Shown piece after piece: positions 34,597 through 43,026 of a DNA stretch of 64,000 nt. The notes below the pieces were generated by a model. The model was not told the origin of the DNA. It did not search any database and saw only the letters and a program-made list of their open reading frames with translations. Numbering within the stretch: the first letter of the stretch is position 1; every line of letters starts with the position of its first letter. The position numbers and the translations under genes were made by a program. Origin of the DNA: Candidatus Pacearchaeota archaeon. Lineage in GTDB: Archaea; Nanobdellota; Nanobdellia; Pacearchaeales; GW2011-AR1. Where the stretch lies: contig JAGVXH010000008.1 in the NCBI GenBank assembly GCA_018303845.1, positions 4,092 through 68,091 on the forward strand, given 5' to 3'.

Positions 34597-35214
34597 ATGG
34601 GAGATATTGATGATTTATATAAACAAGAAGCCGAAGATATTGATTCGAATTTTTTGGATGAGTTGAAAGTCAGTAAAGATCATAATAAAAGTTTTGAACG
34701 ATATAGAAAAAATTTGGCTAGATCTAGGGAAAAGTTTAGCAAGAGTTATGATAAGTTTAATCAGCTTGAGACTTTGCGACTTCGGAATATGAAGAAGAAG
34801 ATTGCGGGTTATGATAAATTTAAGCATTTGGAGATTTCGCATTTTAGTTTTGAGTTTGGATTTTGGGAAAGGACTCGGATGCGATTTGAAGTTATGTGGT
34901 TTAATTTTGGGCGACGGGTTGCTAGATTTTGGGCATGGATTTTTCCTGATTGGTTGATTTATGCTTGGTGCAAGGTTCGAGATTTTGCCTTGACGACTTG
35001 GAGGGATTTTGTTAGATTTATTGATGAAAATTGGACGAGGTTTAGTGAAGCTGCTGTAAAGAGTTGGAATTTTGTTTGGAGCTGGATTGTTTCTGGATGG
35101 AATGATTTTGTTGGGCTATTGAAGAAAGGAATGTTTTGGAAAAAGGTTAAGGTCGAGGAGAAGAAAGAAGAAGGCGAAAAGAAAGTTTCAGCGGATGGTA
35201 AGGATGTTGATTGA
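34597..35214 (+). CDS. Trp/Phe-rich hypothetical protein (205 aa from ATG 34597)
   Basis: The C-terminal half has repeated W-x-DFV / W-x-F motifs (TTWRDFVRFIDENWTRF ... SWNFVWSWIVSGWNDFVGLL). Confidence 0.5.
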   Translation: MGDIDDLYKQEAEDIDSNFLDELKVSKDHNKSFERYRKNLARSREKFSKSYDKFNQLETLRLRNMKKKIAGYDKFKHLEISHFSFEFGFWERTRMRFEVMWFNFGRRVARFWAWIFPDWLIYAWCKVRDFALTTWRDFVRFIDENWTRFSEAAVKSWNFVWSWIVSGWNDFVGLLKKGMFWKKVKVEEKKEEGEKKVSADGKDVD

Positions 35215-35232
35215 GTAGAATAAAAAATTGTG

Positions 35233-35541
35233 CTAATATTTTAATTGAACTGTTATTGTTTGATTTGTGTATATTTCATAGTTCTTGGTAGGTTCAATTA
35301 AAAAGTTTGTTCCAATTCCTCCGAGAGTGTTTAGATAACCGAAAGTTTGCCCGTATTGACTAATTGAGATGGATTGAATTTGTGGATTTTCTTGAACGAA
35401 TTCGCTTACGTATATTGATGGGAAATATTCGGTGACTATGAAGTTTGATTGTCCTTGTGGGATTTCTATGGAGAGAGGATTTTCTGCTATGATTGTTGTT
35501 AAGGTTAGGATTAGTGTTAGTAATAGTATTTGTTTTTTCAT
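35233..35541 (-). CDS. Small secreted protein (102 aa), last gene of the 39985->35233 operon
   Basis: It has a signal peptide and a 4-nt overlap with the upstream gene. There is a tentative resemblance (NF.IEP...YEI) to the duplicated C-terminal domain of the 4903-aa giant. Confidence 0.5.
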   Translation of the reverse strand: MKKQILLLTLILTLTTIIAENPLSIEIPQGQSNFIVTEYFPSIYVSEFVQENPQIQSISISQYGQTFGYLNTLGGIGTNFLIEPTKNYEIYTNQTITVQLKY

Positions 35542-37565
35542 TGTTTCGTTAGATGTTTTATTTCCTGGAAGACTTCGCGTTTTTGGCTGCCTGATAATCC
35601 TATATATTCTATTTTTAGTTGGTCATATAATTTGTTTGCCTCTTCTAGTTTGCCGTCTTTTTGTAAGAGTTTTACTTGCTTTGCTTTTTCTAGGAATTCT
35701 AAAGAAATTTGTTTTTTCTGTTGTTGTTTCACAAAGAATAGATATCCGATTAATCCTGATGCAATGAGGACTAAATATGTTGCGATACTTGAGCCAGTGG
35801 TGGGGACAGAAGAAAGGAAATGACCTGTTAGTGGGGTTGTTTCTTCTTGCAGTGAGATTAGGGAGACTGAGATTAGAGAAAGAGTTTGTGTGTCGAGTTT
35901 TTGGTTGAATGTGTATGTTATTTTTTTTGTATCGGTTTCAAAACTTATTAGGCCCTCTTGCTCTGGGGTGTAGTCTATGTTTTTCATTATGAGGGAGCTT
36001 AGGTCAAGGGAGCCTGATGGAAACTGGAGAAGGAATTTTGTGTTTTCCGTTTTTTCTAGTTCTGAATTTAGGGAGTGTTCTATAATTGAAAAGTCTTCTT
36101 TGTTGCCGTCGAGATATGTGACTTGGAAAACTCCTAGCTTGGATTTTATTTGAAGGTTTTCGTCTTCTATAAGTTGCATGGATTTTTTTACCGTTTTGTC
36201 AATTAGGCTTGGGGAAAATTCTGGGGAATACTCCAAGATTGCTTTTCGGATTAAGTCTTCCGTTGATGTTTGAGTTATTTCTAGAGAGTCTGTTGTTGAA
36301 AATGTGTCTGGTATTTTTTTTCTTAAGATGCTTAATTTTACTCTTGCCGAATTTAGTCTGCTGTCTAGCAAATCTTTTGCTAGATCTGTTGACTTGTAAT
36401 TTTCAACTGTTTTTTTTAAGTTGGCTAATTCTAACTTTGCGCTTTCGAAGTTGTCTGTTATTTTGAAGGTTTTCATATATTCTGTTTCTGAAGGAGTTAA
36501 ATCGGATATCATGTCGTCTGAATTTTCTATGTCAGATTGCAATAGTTCTATTTCTGAAAGAAGTGCGTCAACTGACCCAACTAGAGAAGCTGATAGCCCC
36601 GAAGTTGATGACGATGTTTTTGAGAGAAGGCTTGTTGCTGAGACTTCACGGGATAAGTCTGCCGTGTTTCCGGCTGCATCTGAAGAGGATATTCTATAGT
36701 AATATGTTTTCCCGTTTTTGACTCCTGTGTCGGTGTATTCTTCTTTTGTGCCTTCTAGTTTTTTGTAAAAATTTGTTAGGTCAACATTTGGGTTTTCTGA
36801 TTTGTAAATGTTTATTTCTTCTATGTCTTCTTTTTTGTCCAAGAACCAATCTAATTTTATTTGGCCGTATTCACCTGAAGCTTCTAGCGAAGTTATTAGT
36901 GGGGGGGCTCTTGTGTCTACTATGAAGACGTTGTTTCCAATGATTTGTGTCCCGGTTCTTCCCTCTAAGTCTCTTGCCTCGAATTTGAATGAGCCGACCT
37001 CTTCTTCCATTGTTGAAGAAATTACAAGGAATCCTTCCCATGAATTTTCGGAGCCGTAGAGGATTATTGGGTTATAGGTTATCCCGTCGAATGAATATTT
37101 CAGCAGTGGTGTTGTGGCCGGGATTTTTGTTGTTAGTAAGCTCACTTCATATTTGCCTGCTTTTAGTGGGGACTGACTTAGGGAAATTTGTGCTGAGATT
37201 GGGTTACTTATTTTGAAGACGGCTTCGAGCTGGGCGACTCCTGTTGATGCGTTGTTCGGGTCTGCTATTGGTCGGCATTTTACATAGTATTTGTAGACTC
37301 CATCATGCAAATTTATTAGAGTTTTTTTATGGATTGTTTCAAAATTGTCATCGAATCCTTCCATTGAAACGAAGGGGGTGTCTTTTGTTGTACTGTATCT
37401 GCAAAGGACTTGAGAAGTTGTTGTGATTTGGAGGACAATTGAGTTTTCGTAGATTATATTTGGATTCGTTTGGGATGAGTCTTGGTTTGGGTCAAAGTTG
37501 AAACTAACTGTTGATGCTGTTGCTAATGTTGTGCATAATAGTATTAGGAATATTATTTTTTTCAT
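35538..37565 (-). CDS. Type I membrane protein (675 aa): signal peptide, Ig-like and FN3 domains, coiled coil, TM, ~75-aa cytoplasmic tail
   Basis: FN3-like stretch: IKLDWFLDKKEDIEEINIYKSE ... YTDTGVKNGKTYYYRISSSDAAGN. TM is IATYLVLIASGLIGYLFFV, followed by a Lys-rich helical tail. Confidence 0.65.
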   Translation of the reverse strand: MKKIIFLILLCTTLATASTVSFNFDPNQDSSQTNPNIIYENSIVLQITTTSQVLCRYSTTKDTPFVSMEGFDDNFETIHKKTLINLHDGVYKYYVKCRPIADPNNASTGVAQLEAVFKISNPISAQISLSQSPLKAGKYEVSLLTTKIPATTPLLKYSFDGITYNPIILYGSENSWEGFLVISSTMEEEVGSFKFEARDLEGRTGTQIIGNNVFIVDTRAPPLITSLEASGEYGQIKLDWFLDKKEDIEEINIYKSENPNVDLTNFYKKLEGTKEEYTDTGVKNGKTYYYRISSSDAAGNTADLSREVSATSLLSKTSSSTSGLSASLVGSVDALLSEIELLQSDIENSDDMISDLTPSETEYMKTFKITDNFESAKLELANLKKTVENYKSTDLAKDLLDSRLNSARVKLSILRKKIPDTFSTTDSLEITQTSTEDLIRKAILEYSPEFSPSLIDKTVKKSMQLIEDENLQIKSKLGVFQVTYLDGNKEDFSIIEHSLNSELEKTENTKFLLQFPSGSLDLSSLIMKNIDYTPEQEGLISFETDTKKITYTFNQKLDTQTLSLISVSLISLQEETTPLTGHFLSSVPTTGSSIATYLVLIASGLIGYLFFVKQQQKKQISLEFLEKAKQVKLLQKDGKLEEANKLYDQLKIEYIGLSGSQKREVFQEIKHLTKQ

Positions 37566-38776
37566 CGTCTTGATTTTAGGTTTAGGTAAGACCTCCGTTC
37601 TTTTCTGATTTTGTAGACTAGAATTGAGATGATAAGGATTAGGAAAATATATGAGGCTGTTTTCAGGATTTGGGTTATTGAGTTTTTTGGATTTACGTTT
37701 AGAATTACGGACTGTTCGTAACTCTGTTTGTTGTCGTAGAAGACTCTGCCTGAAATTATATATTTGCCTGCTTTTTGTGGGGTGAAATAGAATTGGAAAT
37801 TGTCTTGTGCTGAGAGTGGAATAAAGAGTGGCTCGTCGCTTTCTAGTAGTTGAATGATTTTGTTTTCGTGCATTATTTTACCGATGAATCTTGCCTCTAG
37901 GGGTTTTTCTCCTGTGTTTTGAAAAATTGCGGTAATTGGGACTATGTCGTCTATATCTGCCCATGGTTCTACGATTATTTTTTGCAGAGTCCCAGCTGCG
38001 TAGAGTGATCCTTCTTCTAAAATATCGAATGTTAGAATTTGTGACGAGTAACAATCTGGGACTGAAATTTCTACCCAATATTGTCCTATGTCTAAATCTG
38101 TGGATGGTATTTTGAAAAGGAACTGACCTTGCTTTGTTGGTGTTATTTGGGATGGAAAGAATTCCTTTTGTGCTATCAAGTTTGTTGAAGATTGGTCCCA
38201 GATATCTAGAGATATTTTTGGAGATATTTTTATGTTGCCTCGGTTTTCCATGTCTAAAGTTAGAATCACGTCTTCGCCTTGTTCGGCATTAGAGATTTTG
38301 AAATTTGAGGCCTCACATTGTTGTATTTCCTGGTCTGTTATTTCTGTTACTATGTATACATCTAGTGTTGGGAGAACGAGTCCTGTCGCATGACCTTCTT
38401 TCGAGTCACCAAGTCTTGAAGATTTGATTCTTAGGAATCCGGTATAATTTCCATTTGGGACGTCGGAAGGTGGGCTTACTGAGATGATTATTTGTAAAGG
38501 ATTTCCTTTTGATACAGATAGAGTTTTTGATGTAAAATTTATCCAGTCTGATATGTTGCCGTAAGTTTCAAATTCTACTTCGGTTGAAATTTCTGAATCT
38601 ATTGTTAGTGTTATTGGACGCTGTGCATATCCTGACCTTAGGACATTTTGGAAATTAATTCCTGCCGGGCTGACTCCAATATTTGCAGCGGATGATAGTT
38701 GCATTAAAATTATTAGGGCCGCTACTATTGTTAAGACCGTTCTCCCTCTTTTGCTTTCTCCCATTTTTTCTCCCAT
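37562..38776 (-). CDS. Signal peptide plus COG1470/CARDB-like beta domains plus C-terminal TM anchor (404 aa)
   Basis: Contains ANIGVSPAGINF ... VPNGNYTGFLRIKS ... and the TM/basic tail ASYIFLILIISILVYKIRKERR. It has a 4-nt overlap with the next gene. Confidence 0.6.
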   Translation of the reverse strand: MGEKMGESKRGRTVLTIVAALIILMQLSSAANIGVSPAGINFQNVLRSGYAQRPITLTIDSEISTEVEFETYGNISDWINFTSKTLSVSKGNPLQIIISVSPPSDVPNGNYTGFLRIKSSRLGDSKEGHATGLVLPTLDVYIVTEITDQEIQQCEASNFKISNAEQGEDVILTLDMENRGNIKISPKISLDIWDQSSTNLIAQKEFFPSQITPTKQGQFLFKIPSTDLDIGQYWVEISVPDCYSSQILTFDILEEGSLYAAGTLQKIIVEPWADIDDIVPITAIFQNTGEKPLEARFIGKIMHENKIIQLLESDEPLFIPLSAQDNFQFYFTPQKAGKYIISGRVFYDNKQSYEQSVILNVNPKNSITQILKTASYIFLILIISILVYKIRKERRSYLNLKSRR

Positions 38777-38803
38777 TTTATATTTGTATTTATGTTTATT
38801 AAA

Positions 38804-39985
38804 TTACCCTTGCGTCGCGGCAAAGACGATGTTTCCCATGCAGTCGTCGCTTATTCCTTGTGGGACATAGACTCGCCAATAGGTACTTTTGTTTGCCTCA
38901 TTTTCCATGTCGTTTTGCCTTGAGTCTAAGTTAAATTCATGTGTTGTTGGTGAAGATGTTAGGTTTTGATATATTGTTTCTAATTGTTGCAAAGTTAGTC
39001 CGCTTGAGTTTGAAGCTGTTAGGTTGAATTTCATGTAGTCAATTGGAATGTCTGTTGTGCCGCATTCCATTGCTTTTCCGTCTAGAGGAGTTTGCCCGTA
39101 GCCGTTTAGTGTTAGATTGATTTGTATGTTGCCGTAATTTGTTACCCTTGCTTCTGCTTCTGGGCTGACTTCTTCTAATTCCATTTCTCCGAATTCCATT
39201 GGTGAGTTTACGCCTAGTGCTAGGAGCGTGTTGATTGACGTTGTGTCTGAAGTTAGGATTGAAGATGAGTAATTGTCTGTCGTGTTGATTTGGCACTGCC
39301 AGTTCCCTGAGTCGGCGTAGTATTCTATTTGGAATGTGCAATTTATCATGGCTTGGTTTTCGTTTCCGTAAGATGTGTCTATTCCGCAGGTTGAGTTTGT
39401 ATAGTGATTGTTATTGTCATCTGATGCGCCGAACGAGGAAGAGGTTGAGAATAGTTCTGCTAAAACTGATTGCATTGATGTTGCACCTTCGTAATCTGAG
39501 ACTACTCCGAAGCAGTTTGCCTGTGTTTGTGTTGCTGGGGTTAGGTCAATTTCATTTTGTGGCGAGGTTAGAAAGTCTTCTATTGTTATGTTGATGAAAA
39601 CTGGAGGTGTATTGATTGAGAGATTTTGCGCCATGTCGAAGCCGGCTCCCGTGACTGTTACTTGTGTTGTTTTTTTTGCGGTGTAACCTGATGCATCGTT
39701 TACAATTGTTAGGTTTAGCTTGTCCCCAATTTGGCAAGGAGTTGCTAGCATTTCGCAATCTATCATGTAGATGTTTGGCGTGCTTGAAAGTCCAGTTGGT
39801 CCAACGATTCCGAAAGTTTCTTGTCCGTTGGCTTCGTTCCATAGTCTAACTGTTCTGCCATCCGGTGAAGTCGTGTCTAATGCGTTTTCTACATAGCCTG
39901 CGATCCAATGAGCGGATGTTGTAAATGGCGTCACTAATAATGATGTTAACAATAGTATGGTGAAAAAAAAATTATTTCTTTTCAT
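38804..39985 (-). CDS. Secreted protein (393 aa): N-terminal 'HWIxG' domain (family B) fused to the family A domain
   Basis: SA|HWIAGYVENALD ... DGRTVRLWN ... YMIDCEML ... VTVTGAGFDMAQNLSINTPP parallels the N-terminus of 60072-61922. The C-terminal part parallels 7874-8863. Confidence 0.75.
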   Translation of the reverse strand: MKRNNFFFTILLLTSLLVTPFTTSAHWIAGYVENALDTTSPDGRTVRLWNEANGQETFGIVGPTGLSSTPNIYMIDCEMLATPCQIGDKLNLTIVNDASGYTAKKTTQVTVTGAGFDMAQNLSINTPPVFINITIEDFLTSPQNEIDLTPATQTQANCFGVVSDYEGATSMQSVLAELFSTSSSFGASDDNNNHYTNSTCGIDTSYGNENQAMINCTFQIEYYADSGNWQCQINTTDNYSSSILTSDTTSINTLLALGVNSPMEFGEMELEEVSPEAEARVTNYGNIQINLTLNGYGQTPLDGKAMECGTTDIPIDYMKFNLTASNSSGLTLQQLETIYQNLTSSPTTHEFNLDSRQNDMENEANKSTYWRVYVPQGISDDCMGNIVFAATQG

Positions 39986-40139
39986 CTTTGATGTCCAGAG
40001 TTAGTTTATTTGTTTCGAGATTGAAATTGATTATGACCTCTTGTCCTTCTTTGAGGTTTAGCGTGTCGACTATGGCTTTTGGTATTTTTACCCTATATCC
40101 TTTTTGGATCTTGCCATCCTTGAAAATCATCTCTTTCAT
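39972..40139 (-). CDS. AbrB/SpoVT-like small DNA-binding protein (55 aa; below the ORF-track size cutoff)
   Basis: My translation is MKEMIFKDGKIQKGYRVKIPKAIVDTLNLKEGQEVIINFNLETNKLTLDIKDEKK. R-V-K-I-P-K-A-I-V-D-x-L-x-L-K-E-G is the SpoVT/AbrB swapped-hairpin signature. The 3' end overlaps the start of 38804-39985 by 14 nt. Confidence 0.6.
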   Translation of the reverse strand: MKEMIFKDGKIQKGYRVKIPKAIVDTLNLKEGQEVIINFNLETNKLTLDIKDEKK

Positions 40140-40166
40140 GGTTCTTTTTAAAGTCTTTTTTGGTTC

Positions 40167-40174
40167 TTATTATA
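40167..40174 (-). promoter_or_regulatory. TATA-like box (tataataa on the minus strand) for the AbrB-like gene/operon
   Basis: It lies 27 nt upstream of ATG 40139. Confidence 0.4.
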
Positions 40175-40252
40175 GACTTTTTAAAGTATTTAAGGTTTGG
40201 GATTTATATGAGCTATAGAAATAAATAAAAATCTTATTGTTTCGGCATTTTT

Positions 40253-40657
40253 ATGAATATTATAAATCGGATTGAGGTTGGGAATGTTGAGAAGAAATTA
40301 GAGATAGGCAGGAATTTTCATAGGTTTATTGTTGTTAGGGATGATGATAAGTTAGTTTATCATGCGGCTGATGTGGATTATCATAATTATGTTCCTGGTA
40401 ATTGCGCTAGTGAGAAAGATGTTTTGGGCGGAGGGAAAGTTGGCATTTATCAGCTTGTTCCTGACGGATTAGTGTTTGGTGGAGATTCTGGGAGATTTGG
40501 GAAGCTACCGAATGAATTGATGGAGCTGTATGCTTCTATGCTTTTGGATTATTATAGGGAAGAGAATTCCCAGTTGGAAAAGTTTGAGGTTGATATGAGT
40601 GGAAAACTTACAATGAAAATGTTTTGTTTTTTGAAAGAGTTGGAATTTAATTTGTAG
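40253..40657 (+). CDS. Hypothetical protein (134 aa)
   Basis: Clean ORF with no recognised motif. Confidence 0.45.
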   Translation: MNIINRIEVGNVEKKLEIGRNFHRFIVVRDDDKLVYHAADVDYHNYVPGNCASEKDVLGGGKVGIYQLVPDGLVFGGDSGRFGKLPNELMELYASMLLDYYREENSQLEKFEVDMSGKLTMKMFCFLKELEFNL

Positions 40658-40698
40658 GAACTGGAAATACTTTTAACGGCAGTTTTCTTGTTTTCTTT

Positions 40699-41025
40699 AT
40701 GGAAGAAGTTTTTGTGCAACATAGGGATAAGGAGCCATTTGATAATATTTTGGCCGGGGTTAAGACGATGGAAATTCGGTTGAATGATTTGAAGCGACAG
40801 GGGATAAAGTTGGGGCAAAAGATTAAGGTTGTTAATAGAAGTGATGAATCGCAAATTTTGTTTACGCGAGTTATTGGGCTGTCTCGATTTTCGAGTTTTG
40901 AGGACTTGTATAAAGTTATGGGAGATAGGGTTAAGGATTATGAGAGGGAGATTTTGGAGCGGGTTTATTCTAAAGAGAAGGTTTTAGAGTTTGGGGTTTT
41001 GGTTATTCATTTTGAGTTGGGGTGA
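40699..41025 (+). CDS. ASCH (PUA-like) domain protein
   Basis: PFDNILAGVKTMEIRLNDLKRQGIKLGQKIKV is a typical ASCH N-terminal pattern. Confidence 0.6.
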   Translation: MEEVFVQHRDKEPFDNILAGVKTMEIRLNDLKRQGIKLGQKIKVVNRSDESQILFTRVIGLSRFSSFEDLYKVMGDRVKDYEREILERVYSKEKVLEFGVLVIHFELG

Positions 41026-41089
41026 GGGAGAATTGTTTATATTTCGCACACGGATTCTCACGTATTTTTTATCTTGAACTTTATTGTTT

Positions 41090-41129
41090 CCATAAAAAAT
41101 CATGGGCTTCGCCACATGATTTCTTATGG
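41090..41129. other. Imperfect palindrome/hairpin (15-bp arms) embedding the ATG of 41126
   Basis: Arms are ccataaaaaatcatg | ggcttcgcca | catgatttcttatgg. It is related in sequence to the palindrome at 42241-42284. Confidence 0.6.
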
Positions 41130-41395
41130 GAGGTAAACATATTAAACTAAATTCTAATCTATCGTTTATGTTTACTAAAAAATATGTTGAAAAGATAAAG
41201 GGTATTTTTATTGCTGTACTTATTGTTATTATTCTTATTTCAGCTTTTCTTTATTTCTTGTATAACTGGAATAAAATGTTTTTCTGGGTCCTAATATTCT
41301 TAATTATAGTCTATTTGCTTTATGCTCTTTTCCTTTTTATAAAGAAGTGTATTAATAAACTGAGGAGCGACCCTCTCCAAAATATCGCAGCCTAA
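41126..41395 (+). CDS. Small two-TM membrane protein (89 aa)
   Basis: Two hydrophobic helices (IFIAVLIVIILISAFLYFLY; FFWVLIFLIIVYLLYALFLFI). Confidence 0.45.
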   Translation: MGGKHIKLNSNLSFMFTKKYVEKIKGIFIAVLIVIILISAFLYFLYNWNKMFFWVLIFLIIVYLLYALFLFIKKCINKLRSDPLQNIAA

Positions 41396-42195
41396 ATAAG
41401 CGGCGAGACATAAACTTCTAAGATTGCTGAAAATAGGAGGAGTAGGATTGCGATTAGGATTAGGGATAAAGTGTCTAATATAATTCTTTTTAATTTGTCT
41501 TTGTTTGTTAAGTCGCCTTTGATGAAAGCGAAGTAAAGTATTCCGCCGGCTATTGCTGCTAAGATGTAGGCTAACATTTCTGGAATTCCATGGAGAAAAT
41601 ATTTTGCGAAGGAGATTGGAAGGGCAGCTAATCCAAATGTTTCTCTTGCGACGGAGCCGATTACGAAACCCATTACAGAAGCGTTCCATGCTATTATGTA
41701 TATTGCTCCTGCGCCGTAGAATATCGCAAAGACTAAAGATATTAGAATTATTTTTGTGTTATTTTTGAAAATGTTTGTTATGGTGGATGTTGTGTCTGTT
41801 GCTTTGCCTGTGATTAGTTTAATGTGATCTACTGAGGAGCCTTGCATCTCGAAAACTGTTTGCGAGATTTCTGGAGGGAAGAAGAAGGAAGACATCGCGA
41901 AAGAAAATGTGAAGCCAAGAAAGAGCATTAGGATTAGGATTGCTATGGATTTGTGCTGTTGGAGCAACCAAGATTCATCGTTCCAATTTTTTTCTTTTTT
42001 CTCTTCCATTTTTATTGCGCCCTGGACAACATAGAGGCAAGAAAGGGTTGTTAGAAATATTATTGCTAGGGAAGTTGAGTCTTTGAAAATCCATAGGCCT
42101 AAGACGATTGAGAGGATGGAATAAAATGAGGCAATTATTAGAATTTCAATTGGGTGGCGTTCGGCTTTTTCTGGGTTGAATAGGAGGTCTAGCAT
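41392..42195 (-). CDS. SpoIIM-like (DUF95) integral membrane protein
   Basis: Contains FKNNTKIILISLVFAIFYGAGAIYIIAWNASVMGFVIG ... FLHGIPEMLAYILAAIAGG. Confidence 0.65.
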   Translation of the reverse strand: MLDLLFNPEKAERHPIEILIIASFYSILSIVLGLWIFKDSTSLAIIFLTTLSCLYVVQGAIKMEEKKEKNWNDESWLLQQHKSIAILILMLFLGFTFSFAMSSFFFPPEISQTVFEMQGSSVDHIKLITGKATDTTSTITNIFKNNTKIILISLVFAIFYGAGAIYIIAWNASVMGFVIGSVARETFGLAALPISFAKYFLHGIPEMLAYILAAIAGGILYFAFIKGDLTNKDKLKRIILDTLSLILIAILLLLFSAILEVYVSPLI

Positions 42196-42240
42196 ACAAT
42201 GTTGTAGATGATATCGTTTTTAATGCTTTTAATTAATTCT

Positions 42241-42284
42241 TCCATGAAAAATTGCGCCACCTTCGGCAGCGCATTTCTCATGGA
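42241..42284. other. Imperfect palindrome/hairpin between divergent promoters
   Basis: Arms are tccatgaaaaattgcgc | caccttcggca | gcgcatttctcatgga. The 13-mer tccatgaaaaatt recurs at 59107-59119. Confidence 0.6.
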
Positions 42285-42297
42285 TGACTTCGTAAAC

Positions 42298-42307
42298 TTT
42301 ATATAAA
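42298..42307 (+). promoter_or_regulatory. TATA-like box (tttatataaa) for the RidA gene
   Basis: It lies 19 nt upstream of ATG 42327. Confidence 0.45.
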
Positions 42308-42326
42308 TCTTTTATCTGATTCTCTT

Positions 42327-42710
42327 ATGGTTAGAAAAATGCTTCGTGCTTCCGATGGACTGCCTTTTTCTAAGGCTGTTATTTCTGGCGAAAAATATAT
42401 TATGGAAATCTCTGGGCAAATTGGGTTGAATAATGATGGCGAGTTGACTAAGGGGATTGAGGCTCAAACCAGAAAAGCTTTAGAAAATGTTGGAGATATT
42501 TTGAAAGAAATTGGGTGGAGTTTTGAAAATATTATTAAGGTTAGAATTTTTCTTGCTGATATGGGGGATTACTCTATTGTTAATAAAATCTATTCTGGAT
42601 ATTTTAAGGAAGGCTTTCCTTCTAGGGTTGCTTTGGCGGTCAAAGAATTGCCTCTTGGTGCTTTAATTGAGTTCGATTGTACGGCTTGTGGTGATGAATA
42701 TAATTTTTGA
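42327..42710 (+). CDS. ridA: RidA/YjgF/L-PSP family protein
   Basis: Contains SGQIGLNNDGELTKGIEAQTRKALENVGDILKE ... IIKVRIFLADMGDYSIVNKIYSGYF ... PSRVALAVKELPLGALIEFDCTA. Confidence 0.85.
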   Translation: MVRKMLRASDGLPFSKAVISGEKYIMEISGQIGLNNDGELTKGIEAQTRKALENVGDILKEIGWSFENIIKVRIFLADMGDYSIVNKIYSGYFKEGFPSRVALAVKELPLGALIEFDCTACGDEYNF

Positions 42711-42962
42711 TTACCAGAATTTTAGTTTGTCTAGAAAATTTAAAATTTTATCGAAAATTGTTAAGGAGTTTTTTTCTGCTAGGATGAAAATTTCATCTAA
42801 GGGATCTTCTGACTCGAATCTGTATTTTATTGTGTTTTCTGTTGTCCCGATTACCCCGCCAGTTATTTTTAGGAATTTGCCGGCGTTTTTTTCGAAGAAG
42901 CCTATTTCTTTGTAATTATTTTCTTCTAGGAAAGTTTTGTTTATCTCGTATTCGAATACCAT
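42711..42962 (-). CDS. Hypothetical protein (83 aa)
   Basis: ORF only, with no recognised family. Confidence 0.3.
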   Translation of the reverse strand: MVFEYEINKTFLEENNYKEIGFFEKNAGKFLKITGGVIGTTENTIKYRFESEDPLDEIFILAEKNSLTIFDKILNFLDKLKFW

Positions 42963-43026
42963 TTTTCCTTGTTCTGTTTTGTTTAGAGTTGTTTGAACTT
43001 GGTATGATTTTAGATAGTCATATTGT

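Noticed and set aside
39972-40139. AbrB-like ORF as the antitoxin of a toxin-antitoxin pair
   Set aside because: The downstream overlapping gene is a 393-aa secreted protein, not a MazF/PIN/Doc-type toxin. A transcription-factor role fits better.
39988-40218. 76-aa plus-strand ORF listed in the track
   Set aside because: Its composition is Leu/Phe/Ser-rich with no motifs. The opposite strand encodes a clean AbrB/SpoVT-like protein with a correctly spaced TATA box and operon overlap.
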